NCBI RefSeq assembly: GCF_000179635.2
Contig: NC_014833.1
Coordinates: forward strand, 450,001-482,000
From: Ruminococcus albus 7 = DSM 20455
GTDB lineage: Bacteria > Bacillota > Clostridia > Oscillospirales > Ruminococcaceae
Length of the DNA: 32,000 bases
Reading direction: 5' to 3'
Below the pieces are notes generated by a model that ran no database searches, was not told where the DNA came from, and worked only from the letters and a program-made list of their open reading frames with translations. Positions 16,738-24,580 of this stretch are shown one piece after another. The stretch's first letter is position 1, and the number at the start of each line of letters is the position of its first letter. A program made the translations under genes and the position numbers.

Positions 16738-18051
16738 TTGAGCGGAAAGATTTTGGTGGCTGTTACGAGCCTGGCACTGCTTCTGGCGGCGGCGGGCGGA
16801 GGCTACTATGCCTACAGGACGCTTGACGACAGGAAACCTGTTGTTATATCCGGCAAGGATGAGGGCAGGTTAGTTACCCGAAAGAGCAAGGTAGATCTTC
16901 CCGGTGCTGGCGGAGAGGTCGTGGTCAAGGAGGAGATATCCTCAGAAACTGAGGACCTTTCTATCAGTGATGACGAGGCGGCTGAGATCGGTCTTCCTTA
17001 TGCGGTCAACTATTTTGCAAAACAACTCACTGATGACGAGCAGACTGTCTGTCGGCAGATATACAAGGGTCTTGCTGATATGGAAGAGGAGATATACATC
17101 AAGAAGGATGTTGTCAGCTCGGCTGATATCTGTCAGCTTATGGTAATGTGCGTAACAAGTGCGCCTGAGATAGACTATATAGATACGAACTACTCGGTCC
17201 AGGTGGATGCTGACGGCTATGCTTCGGCATTGTTCGTAACGTATACCAAAACAGCTGAAGACCGTGAGATGCGCCGCATACTTACTGATCAGGCAATAGA
17301 TCATATATGTGCGGGCATAAATCCCGAGTGGACTGATTTTCTGAAATACAGGCACATACATGATGCGATCGTAAACGGATGCCTGTACTACGAGGCTGAC
17401 AGCGACTGTTACACAGCCTACGGATGTCTTGTGGGCGGAAATGCTGTGTGCGAGGGCTATTCAAAGGCGCTTATGATGCTGTGCGACAGGATGGATATAC
17501 CATGCCTGCCTGTTGTTGGTCAGGGCGTAAACGAGGACGGCACCTCTCAGGGGCATATATGGAACAAGGTGATGCTTGACGGCGAGTGGTATGCCTGCGA
17601 TGTCACCTGGGATGATCCTGTGTTTGAAAGTGCAGAGGACTATCTGCGCTATGATTACTTTTCTGTCACAGATGAGGAGATGGGTAGAAACCATATCCCC
17701 GATGAAAACAAGTATATAAACGAACCTGTCTGCACTGCCATGGAAAATGATTTTTACCGCTATTACGGTTATTTTGCGCAGGAGTCCGATAATGCTGAGG
17801 CAGCCTTCCGCCGTGCTGTATGGAATGCTATGTCAGCAGGGGATGAGTACGCAAGGATAAAGTGCGCTGACAGGGAATGCTTTGATCAGACACTGAACTG
17901 GGTGTTTGGGAACGGTTCCGGCAACGAAAGTCTGTTTTCTATTATAAGACACGGGGCTGAGATGAATCCCGATGCAGGCTATGATCCATCGGGATATTCG
18001 GTGATAAACAACTCTGTAACCTATAATATATCCATAAGGCTGAAGAAATAG
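16738..18051 (+). CDS. Membrane-anchored transglutaminase-like (papain-fold Cys-His-Asp) domain protein
   Basis: N-terminal signal anchor. The core CEGYSKALMMLCD...QGHIWNKV...ACDVTWDD matches the Cys/His/Asp arrangement of transglutaminase-like enzymes. TTG 16738 with AAGGAG at 16723-16728 is preferred over TTG 16720. Confidence 0.8.
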   Translation: MSGKILVAVTSLALLLAAAGGGYYAYRTLDDRKPVVISGKDEGRLVTRKSKVDLPGAGGEVVVKEEISSETEDLSISDDEAAEIGLPYAVNYFAKQLTDDEQTVCRQIYKGLADMEEEIYIKKDVVSSADICQLMVMCVTSAPEIDYIDTNYSVQVDADGYASALFVTYTKTAEDREMRRILTDQAIDHICAGINPEWTDFLKYRHIHDAIVNGCLYYEADSDCYTAYGCLVGGNAVCEGYSKALMMLCDRMDIPCLPVVGQGVNEDGTSQGHIWNKVMLDGEWYACDVTWDDPVFESAEDYLRYDYFSVTDEEMGRNHIPDENKYINEPVCTAMENDFYRYYGYFAQESDNAEAAFRRAVWNAMSAGDEYARIKCADRECFDQTLNWVFGNGSGNESLFSIIRHGAEMNPDAGYDPSGYSVINNSVTYNISIRLKK

Positions 18052-18114
18052 TTCAAATAGTCAAATTTTTCCTTGCTGTGACAAAAAATAATAGTGAAAA
18101 ATCAGTGAACAAGG

Positions 18115-18143
18115 TTGAAATTTCAGAGCAGATGTGTTATAAT
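18115..18143 (+). promoter_or_regulatory. Sigma-A type promoter
   Basis: TTGAAA (18115-18120), 17-nt spacer, TGT-TATAAT (18138-18143). Confidence 0.55.
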
Positions 18144-18202
18144 AGAGTTTAGTGATTTCAGATTTTTGCTTTTGCTTATATAAATGAAAGGAATGTTGAA
18201 AA

Positions 18203-19366
18203 ATGGGAGCTGTCTCCACAAGTAAGAAGTCGAGTGCGGGCAAGAACGTACTGGTGTTCTTCATCGTATTCATTATATTGGAAATGCTGGTGATATTCGG
18301 CATTGGCAAGGTGTTCAAGAACAAGGACGTTACACCCAGCGTTATGGGCTACAGCCTGTTCATGACAAAAGAAGACCTGGTGAAGGCCGATAAAGACGGT
18401 ACTGTGGTTGTTCCGAAGAATGTGCTGGTAATAGCCCGCGATGGTCTGACCGAGCCTAAAAATAAGATCGGTTCTGCGATACTCTGTGAGGATGTTGATG
18501 GTGTTGGCACAGGCGTTTTCTGGCTGGATAATCTCGAATCAAAGGATGAAGAGAACGGCGTAGATTATATTGTTACTAACGGAAATCAGAGTCATGTTAT
18601 AAGAAGCGGAAATATCGTAGGTGTATGCGCAAGCTATTTTGTTACTGCAGGCAAGGTAATTAACTTTGTCACACAGAAGTTCGGTATGATCTGCTGCGCA
18701 GTAGTACCTCTGTTCCTGCTTGTACTTATTGAGCTTATTATAGCAATAGCTAATCATTCACCTGAAGAGTATGAAGAAGATGAAGAGGAAGAAGAAAACG
18801 TCAAAAGCGTTGAACTTGATGATTTCCTTTTCGGCGGCAAGGGCGAAAGTGAGCAGATAGCTAAACGCAGGAAAAAGCAGTCTTCTTCTGAGGATGAAGA
18901 GTTTGAAGAAGAGGATGAGCTGACAGTAAGAAAGGCTGCTTCAAATACTCAGGCAGCATCTGAAAGCGACGTTGACTTTGATTTTGATGTTAACAAACTC
19001 AAAAAGCCTGCAGCTGCTGAACGTGACTTCGGTGAGGCTATTGGTTTTGGCAGCAATACACAGAAGTTCAAAGCGGCAAAGGCAGATGATATATCTGATG
19101 ATATCAATGTTCCTGCTCAGAACAATGAGGCGCCTGCTGACAACGGAAGCCTGCGTCTGAAAGATGATGAGTACTACGAGAAGGCATCACAGCTGGTAGA
19201 AGGCAGTAACGCTGCAAGACCTGCAAGACGTCCTGCCGGAGGACAAAGACGCAGAAGACGTCCGGTATCCTCTGCTGCAAATGGTGTAGACAGCGGAGCA
19301 TCTCTGGAAGATCTGATGAAGCTGATGGAAGAAGAACAGAACAAACTCAAGAATCAGATCAAGTAA
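18203..19366 (+). CDS. Two-TM membrane protein with a long disordered, highly charged cytoplasmic tail, unknown function
   Basis: 387 aa: N-terminal TM helix, about 130-aa extracytoplasmic domain, second TM helix, then about 200 aa of acidic runs (EEYEEDEEEEE, EDEEFEEEDE) and an Arg-rich patch (RPARRPAGGQRRRRRP). The topology vaguely recalls SipW-type signal peptidases, but no catalytic motif is clear. Confidence 0.6.
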   Translation: MGAVSTSKKSSAGKNVLVFFIVFIILEMLVIFGIGKVFKNKDVTPSVMGYSLFMTKEDLVKADKDGTVVVPKNVLVIARDGLTEPKNKIGSAILCEDVDGVGTGVFWLDNLESKDEENGVDYIVTNGNQSHVIRSGNIVGVCASYFVTAGKVINFVTQKFGMICCAVVPLFLLVLIELIIAIANHSPEEYEEDEEEEENVKSVELDDFLFGGKGESEQIAKRRKKQSSSEDEEFEEEDELTVRKAASNTQAASESDVDFDFDVNKLKKPAAAERDFGEAIGFGSNTQKFKAAKADDISDDINVPAQNNEAPADNGSLRLKDDEYYEKASQLVEGSNAARPARRPAGGQRRRRRPVSSAANGVDSGASLEDLMKLMEEEQNKLKNQIK

Positions 19367-19378
19367 AAGCAATTATCA

Positions 19379-19414
19379 AAAAGCACTCCTGTGAAAATCA
19401 GGAGTGCTTTTTTG
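19379..19414. terminator. Bidirectional rho-independent terminator
   Basis: AAAAGCACTCCTG / CAGGAGTGCTTTT stem with a 7-nt loop, an A-run before and a T-run after. Confidence 0.75.
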
Positions 19415-19420
19415 CATATA

Positions 19421-19534
19421 TCACTTGGATTTGACAAGTTCAAAATTTCCGCCGAATACTGTCAGGACCAGTACTATTGAACCTACAATGACAAGTCCGG
19501 CGATAACGATGCCTATGATCGTATTGCGGGTCAC
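19421..19534 (-). CDS. Possible 37-aa single-TM small protein (below the ORF-track length cut-off)
   Basis: A GTG-initiated ORF reads (M)TRNTIIGIVIAGLVIVGSIVLVLTVFGGNFELVKSK*. It starts 10 nt after the ribU stop and ends just before the terminator. The TM-like composition is the only support, and no clear RBS is present. Confidence 0.25.
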   Translation of the reverse strand: MTRNTIIGIVIAGLVIVGSIVLVLTVFGGNFELVKSK

Positions 19535-19544
19535 TGTGAAGCCG

Positions 19545-20123
19545 TCATCGCGGCGGCTGAGCATATGAATGCTTTTTCAATGCCTGAGATATTGGCTTAT
19601 ACAGCATAAAACATATAGCTGCATTCAGTGCGCTTTTGATAAGGTTGAATGGCAGCAGGAGAGGCATTATCATGCCTATTACCTCGTCAATGGTGGTATG
19701 TGCATATATCGGTGTGATGAACAAATTCATCACCAGCATAACGGCAGTCATGCTGAACATGGCGGCGATAAGACCAATTACTGCGCCCTTGAAACTTTTG
19801 TTGTACTTGTATATCAGCGATGCTGTAACGGCAAATGCGGCGCTTCCGCCAAAATTCATAACCGCCCCGAGAAATCCTGTGTCGGACAGTGTTACCATCT
19901 CCAGCAGAGATTCTGCCAAGGCTACACCCAAAGCAGCCAATGGCCCGAAAACAAATCCTGCCATTGTGATGAACACGTCTTTGAATTCGAGGGTGAGGAA
20001 GCTGACTTTGAATCTGAAAACGAACAGACACAGATAACCAAGTGCGGTGAACATCGCCAGTATCGTCATTTCCTTGACATCCATTTTTTTGGAAGAGGAA
20101 GCACCCGCTGTTTTTGTACTCAT
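19545..20123 (-). CDS. ribU: ECF transporter S component, riboflavin-specific (RibU-like)
   Basis: 192 aa, about 6 TM helices, typical ECF S-component architecture. Substrate is assigned from the FMN riboswitch directly upstream. Confidence 0.8.
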   Translation of the reverse strand: MSTKTAGASSSKKMDVKEMTILAMFTALGYLCLFVFRFKVSFLTLEFKDVFITMAGFVFGPLAALGVALAESLLEMVTLSDTGFLGAVMNFGGSAAFAVTASLIYKYNKSFKGAVIGLIAAMFSMTAVMLVMNLFITPIYAHTTIDEVIGMIMPLLLPFNLIKSALNAAICFMLYKPISQALKKHSYAQPPR

Positions 20124-20151
20124 TCTGATTCCCCCAGATAATAATTATATT

Positions 20152-20194
20152 CGTAAACAAATGATAAAGCCCCCAAGAAAAACTCGGGGGCTTT
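20152..20194 (-). terminator. Expression-platform terminator of the FMN riboswitch
   Basis: Minus strand: AAAGCCCCCGAG-ttttt-CTTGGGGGCTTT hairpin followed by the U-rich ATCATTTGTTT, located between the aptamer and the ribU RBS. Confidence 0.7.
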
Positions 20195-20209
20195 GATTTT
20201 TATGATGTC

Positions 20210-20349
20210 GTTTCTTTCATCCGGACTATACCGTCGGTACGGGTTTCTCACCCGTTCGGCGCCGGGCACACTGGCGAGGCGTTCGAGGACTTACAGCATA
20301 ACAGAAACTGCTGCTCACCTCCGGTGTGGACTTTCACCACCCCTGAAAC
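20210..20349 (-). promoter_or_regulatory. FMN riboswitch (RFN element)
   Basis: The minus strand reads GTTTCAGGGGTGGTGAAAGTCCACACCGGAGGT...GCCGAACGGGTGAGAAACCCGTACCGACGGTATAGTCCGGATGAAAGAAAC. This matches the conserved RFN cores (GGTGAAA-TCC, ACCGG-GGT, CCGACGGTATAGTCCGGATG-AGA) with a closing P1 of GTTTC/GAAAC. Confidence 0.9.
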
Positions 20350-20388
20350 TAATTTATAGATATATGCCCTGTAACAGATCGCAGGATA

Positions 20389-20805
20389 TTATTCCTCGTC
20401 CTCATCCTCGGAGAAATCAAATTCAAGACTCTCTCCACAGTTCGGACATTCTATCGAACCGCTCTCGACCATTTTATCGTCCATTACGATAGTTTCGCCG
20501 CATGTGGGGCATACGCACTCATAAAGAGTGTCATCATCCGGATCGTAGTCATAATCTTCGTCATCATCATCGTCACCGTAGAACTCATTGTAGAAGTCGT
20601 CCTCCAGATCGGAAAGATCGTCGCTTATGCTGTCAACTACATCAACAGTTTCATCAGCAAGTACTGTAACGTCCTCGATAGCCTTAGCCATCTCCTCCAT
20701 CAGTTCAGCCATTGCCTTCAGTACCTTGCCCTGATCGGTAGTTTCATCGATCTTCATGCCTTCCATAAGACCCTTGATATAAGCTGCCTTGTTAGTAAGC
20801 TCCAT
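20389..20805 (-). CDS. Highly acidic small protein with a C-terminal zinc-ribbon, unknown function
   Basis: 138 aa. Helical N-terminus, Asp/Glu/Tyr-rich middle (GDDDDDEDYDYDPDDD), then CPTCG...(16 residues)...CPNCG. AAGGAGG RBS. Lies 45 nt downstream of efp on the same strand. Confidence 0.7.
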   Translation of the reverse strand: MELTNKAAYIKGLMEGMKIDETTDQGKVLKAMAELMEEMAKAIEDVTVLADETVDVVDSISDDLSDLEDDFYNEFYGDDDDDEDYDYDPDDDTLYECVCPTCGETIVMDDKMVESGSIECPNCGESLEFDFSEDEDEE

Positions 20806-20850
20806 TAAAGCCGCCTCCTTTTCAGGTTATGATGTTATTGATACTATGAC

Positions 20851-21408
20851 TTATGCACGCTCCATGTACTCGCAGGTACGTGTATCGATCCTGATCCTGT
20901 CACCGGTGTTGATGAACAGAGGAACTCTGATCTCAGCGCCTGTTTCAACAGTCGCAGGCTTTGTAGCATTAGTAGCGGTGTTGCCCTTCTCGCCGGGCTC
21001 GGTCTCTGTAACTTCGAGATCTACGAAGAAAGGAGGCTCAACGCCAAATACCTGACCCTTGTAAGAAAGGATCTTACATACCATGTTCTCCTTAACGAAC
21101 TTGAAGTTGTCGGAAAGCTCGCTCTTGTTTACGGGGATGAGCTCGAATGTCTCAGAATCCATGAAGTAGTAGAGATCGCCGTCACTGTAGGAATATTCCA
21201 TATCCTTTCTCTCAACATAAGCGGTAGGGAACTTTGCTGTGGGGTTGTAAGTCTTTTCAATTACAGAACCTGTAATAACGTTCTTTACCTTTGCTCTTAC
21301 AAAAGCAGCACCCTTACCGGGCTTAACGTGCTGGAATTCAACGATCTGCATTACGTTGCCTTCCTCTTCAAATGTCATACCATTTCTGAAATCGCCCGCT
21401 GTTACCAT
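20851..21408 (-). CDS. efp: Elongation factor P
   Basis: 185 aa. The N-terminus ([38 protein letters not shown]) is the canonical EF-P KOW domain, including the modified-Lys loop KPGKG. Confidence 0.97.
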   Translation of the reverse strand: MVTAGDFRNGMTFEEEGNVMQIVEFQHVKPGKGAAFVRAKVKNVITGSVIEKTYNPTAKFPTAYVERKDMEYSYSDGDLYYFMDSETFELIPVNKSELSDNFKFVKENMVCKILSYKGQVFGVEPPFFVDLEVTETEPGEKGNTATNATKPATVETGAEIRVPLFINTGDRIRIDTRTCEYMERA

Positions 21409-21481
21409 ATTTTTAGTACCTCCATTATTTTATATGCTAAAAATTCATGCCCAAATCACGTTTGCACATTTTCATATCATA

Positions 21482-21510
21482 ATCATACCATATTTCGCGC
21501 TCCATTTCAA
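21482..21510 (-). promoter_or_regulatory. Sigma-A type promoter of efp
   Basis: Minus strand: TTGAAA (21510-21505), 17-nt spacer, TATGAT (21487-21482). Confidence 0.55.
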
Positions 21511-21748
21511 GTCTTTTAAAAAACTTTTTAAAATTTGTTAGCATTCTTTTTGGCGCATGAGCTTAATATTCCCATGATACACACTTACACCGTTAATAAC
21601 AGTACAAATTTTTGTGAAAAACGGAAAAGATTATTAATATTTGAAATTGCCTATTTTATTTGAAATCAAAATGTGCTATAATTTTTGTTGGAAATGCGGA
21701 GTGGTGTCCGCAGATAATAAGGAAATAAGGATGTACGGAGGTATTCAA

Positions 21749-22951
21749 ATGAATATTGCAGTTGCTCAGTCGGGCGGACCGACCTGTGCGATCAACGCTT
21801 CTTTGCTAGGGGTATTCAAGGAAGCACTGAAAACTCCCGGGATAGACGCAGTTTTCGGTTCTATCAACGGTATCGAGGGCATGATCAAGGACGAACTCAT
21901 TGATCTTAAAATGGTGATAAGATCCAATGAGGATATGGAGCTTTTAAGGCAGACTCCATCGACGGTGCTCGGTTCATGCCGCTACAAGCTGCCTGCGGCT
22001 GACGCAGACGATGAGGTGTACCGCAAGATACAGACAAATCTTGAAAAACATCGTATCGAAGCTTTTTTCTATATCGGCGGAAATGATTCCATGGATACAG
22101 TGGATAAGCTTTCTGCTTTTCTGAGGTCTGCGGGTTCGGATATCAGGGTGATAGGTATACCTAAGACCATCGACAACGATCTTCCCGTTACCGATCATAC
22201 TCCGGGATTCGGCTCGGCTGCGAAATATGTGGCAGCCACCGTTCAGGAGATAATCAGGGACAGTTCTGTATACTCGGTGGATTCTGTTACCATTATTGAA
22301 GTAATGGGCAGACACGCAGGCTGGCTGACAGCTTCCACCTGTGTTCTCAGGGCTAACGATGAGATTGCTCCTCACCTTATATATCTGCCCGAATGCGATC
22401 TTGATGCTGACAAGTTCCTTGAAGATGTACGCATAATGCAGGCAAAGCACAAGGCAGTAATAGTTGCAGTATCCGAGGGTGTTCGCATACCCGAGGAGAA
22501 CAGGAAGGATATCGTTGTTGATAACTTCGGTCACGAATACCTTTCGGGCATCGGCAAGACTCTGGAGCAGCTGGTAAAGGAAAGGATAGGCTGCAAGGTA
22601 CGTTCTATCGAACTTAATGTTATGCAGAGATGTTCATCGCATATATGCTCAAAGACCGATATCGACGAAGCTGAGCTTATCGGCAGTGAGGGTGTTAAAC
22701 GCGCACTTGCCGGAGAAACAGGCAAGATGGTATACTTCAAGCGCCTGAGCGATGTACCCTATGTTATTACCGTTGAAACTACAGATGCTTCGCAGGTAGC
22801 TAACAAGGAGAAGTTCTTTCCGAAGAAGTGGGTAAATCATGCACGAAATGATGTTATGCCCGAGGCTGTAAAGTATTTCCTGCCGCTGATACAGGGCGAG
22901 GTAAAGATCGCCATGAAGAACGGTATGCCTGTTCATTTCAAACTTAAATAA
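21749..22951 (+). CDS. pfp: 6-phosphofructokinase with a PPi-type active-site signature
   Basis: Starts MNIAVAQSGGPTCAIN at ATG 21749 (GGAGG at 21736-21740); the track's 21641 start is an upstream extension. In GGNDS, Asp stands where ATP-PFKs have Gly. In PKTIDND, Lys stands where ATP-PFKs have Gly. Both follow the known PPi-PFK pattern. The Asn replacing the usual Asp before it leaves cofactor specificity uncertain. Confidence 0.88.
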   Translation: MNIAVAQSGGPTCAINASLLGVFKEALKTPGIDAVFGSINGIEGMIKDELIDLKMVIRSNEDMELLRQTPSTVLGSCRYKLPAADADDEVYRKIQTNLEKHRIEAFFYIGGNDSMDTVDKLSAFLRSAGSDIRVIGIPKTIDNDLPVTDHTPGFGSAAKYVAATVQEIIRDSSVYSVDSVTIIEVMGRHAGWLTASTCVLRANDEIAPHLIYLPECDLDADKFLEDVRIMQAKHKAVIVAVSEGVRIPEENRKDIVVDNFGHEYLSGIGKTLEQLVKERIGCKVRSIELNVMQRCSSHICSKTDIDEAELIGSEGVKRALAGETGKMVYFKRLSDVPYVITVETTDASQVANKEKFFPKKWVNHARNDVMPEAVKYFLPLIQGEVKIAMKNGMPVHFKLK

Positions 22952-23082
22952 TAAACGGCATAGATCGGGAGCTATACACTGACGTGCCGGGATGGGTGCT
23001 TTTGATCTCAGATGTTATCATAATATGTCGTGGCTTTTTAAGATATTAAGCCCTTCAATAATTGAATTAGGATATCACAAGC

Positions 23083-23117
23083 AAAGCGGTCAGCTATTAT
23101 GGTTGACCGCTTTTTTT
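23083..23117 (+). terminator. Rho-independent terminator (left boundary of the AT-rich operon region)
   Basis: AAAGCGGTCA / TGACCGCTTT 10-bp stem followed by TTTTTTT. Confidence 0.7.
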
Positions 23118-23427
23118 ACATTATCAATGATCTGCAAGCTTAACTGTTCAAAAATCACATTCCTGTTTATTGACGGTACATATATATTAATGAAGGAATG
23201 ATGCGAACCATTTTTACTGATAACAGACTTGTTTTGTATTAAGATAATTTGAAATTTAAACTAAGATGTCATTACTCCGGGTTGGAGAAATGGATTATAA
23301 TTAAACTACCATATGTTATTATTCTTTGTTGAAACAATGAATAAATCACAAATGAAAATACCGGGTCACAGCATATATTATACTGTGACAGAACATAAAA
23401 TAAACTTATAACAACAGGGGCAATAAT

Positions 23428-24577
23428 ATGATCAGTTTTAATGTACCGCCGGTAGTCGGTAATGAACTCGGATTTATAGCTGAAGCAGTGGAAAATAGAC
23501 GTATTTCAGGTGATGGTGATTTCACGAAGCGCTGCAGCAGGCTTATGGAAAAACGCTTTGATGCGCGTCACGTACTGATAACTACGAGCTGCACCAGTGC
23601 TCTTGATATGGCTGCACTTTTATGCGGTTTCAATGAGGGCGATGAGGTCATTCTTCCAAGCTATACCTTGCTATACCTTTTCCAGTACCGCCAATGCTAT
23701 TATACTTGGCGGTGCAGTGCCTGTATTTGTAGATGTTCGTCCCGATACCATGAATATCGACGAAACGAAAATAGAAGCAGCAATAACTCCGCGTACAAAA
23801 GCCATAACTGTTATGCATTACGGCGGTGTAGCCTGCGAAATGGATACTATAATGGATATAGCGCACAGGTATGGTCTTATGGTCATAGAAGATGCAGCTC
23901 AGGGAGTCATGAGCACCTATAAGGGAAAATATCTCGGTACTATAGGAGATTTTGGGTGCTATTCGTTCCACGAGACTAAGAATTACTCTATGGGCGAGGG
24001 CGGGGCGCTGCTCATAAATAATGATGCTTATCTTGAAAGAGCGGAGATACTACGTGAGAAAGGAACGAATCGTTCCAAGTTTTACCGCGGTGAGATAGAC
24101 AAATACACATGGGTAGATTTCGGAGACAGCTATCTTCCAAGCGAGATAAATGCGGCGTTTCTCTAGGGACAGCTGCAGATGCTTGATGAGATAAACAATG
24201 ATCGTCTTACAACTCACCGCATATACTCAGAAGCCTTTGGACCTCTGGTAAAAAAGGGACTTATAGAGATACAGAACATCCCGGATGGCTGCTGTCATAA
24301 TGCTCATCTTTTCTATATAAAGCTGCGTGATCTTGAACATAGGACAGAGTTCATAAAATATATGAAGGAAGCAGGTATAACTACGGTATTCCACTATGTA
24401 CCGCTGCATTCTGCTCCCGCAGGTATACATTACGGCAGATTCAGCGGAAAAGATATTTATACGACAAAGAAAAGTGAACGTCTGGTCAGGCTTCCTATGT
24501 ATTACGGAATGACAGATGAGGACAGGCATACTGTAACGGAAACTGTCTTGTCTTTCTTTGTGATGACGGAGGAATGA
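23428..24577 (+). pseudogene. WecE/RffA-like dTDP-4-amino-4,6-dideoxyhexose (DegT/DnrJ/EryC1 family) aminotransferase, disrupted by a frameshift and an in-frame stop
   Basis: Three consecutive ORF fragments (23428-, 23597-24166, 24179-24577) together align collinearly with my recollection of E. coli WecE. Matching motifs: FNVPPVVGNEL, SCTSALDMAALL, DEVILPSYT, VFVDVRPDTMNIDET, HYGGVACEMDTIM, EDAAQGVMSTYKG, FHETKNY, REKGTNRS, DKYTWVD, NAHLFYIKL, FHYVPLH. A 10-bp tandem duplication of GCTATACCTT at 23660-23679 shifts the frame. TAG at 24164-24166 replaces a Trp codon. Removing the duplication gives about 379 codons. Confidence 0.85.
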
Positions 24578-24580
24578 CTA

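Noticed and set aside
19569-20160. Several 130-190-aa ORFs overlapping ribU in other frames or on the other strand
   Set aside because: Only the 19545-20123 minus-strand frame gives a coherent multi-TM ECF S-component with an RBS and riboswitch. The others are shadow ORFs.
20193-20492. 99-aa plus-strand ORF
   Set aside because: It lies over the FMN riboswitch and the 3' end of the acidic zinc-ribbon gene on the opposite strand. The GC-rich structured RNA explains the open frame.
22992-23201. 69-aa ORF in the pfp-to-operon intergenic region
   Set aside because: It reads straight through the strong terminator hairpin at 23083-23117, has no RBS and has an implausible composition.
23428-24577. 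Treating the three aminotransferase fragments as separate genes, or as programmed frameshifting or stop-codon read-through
   Set aside because: The fragments are collinear pieces of one WecE-like enzyme. The frameshift is caused by a simple 10-bp duplication, not a slippery heptamer with a stimulatory structure. The amber codon replaces a conserved Trp. A pseudogene or sequencing error is the more economical explanation.
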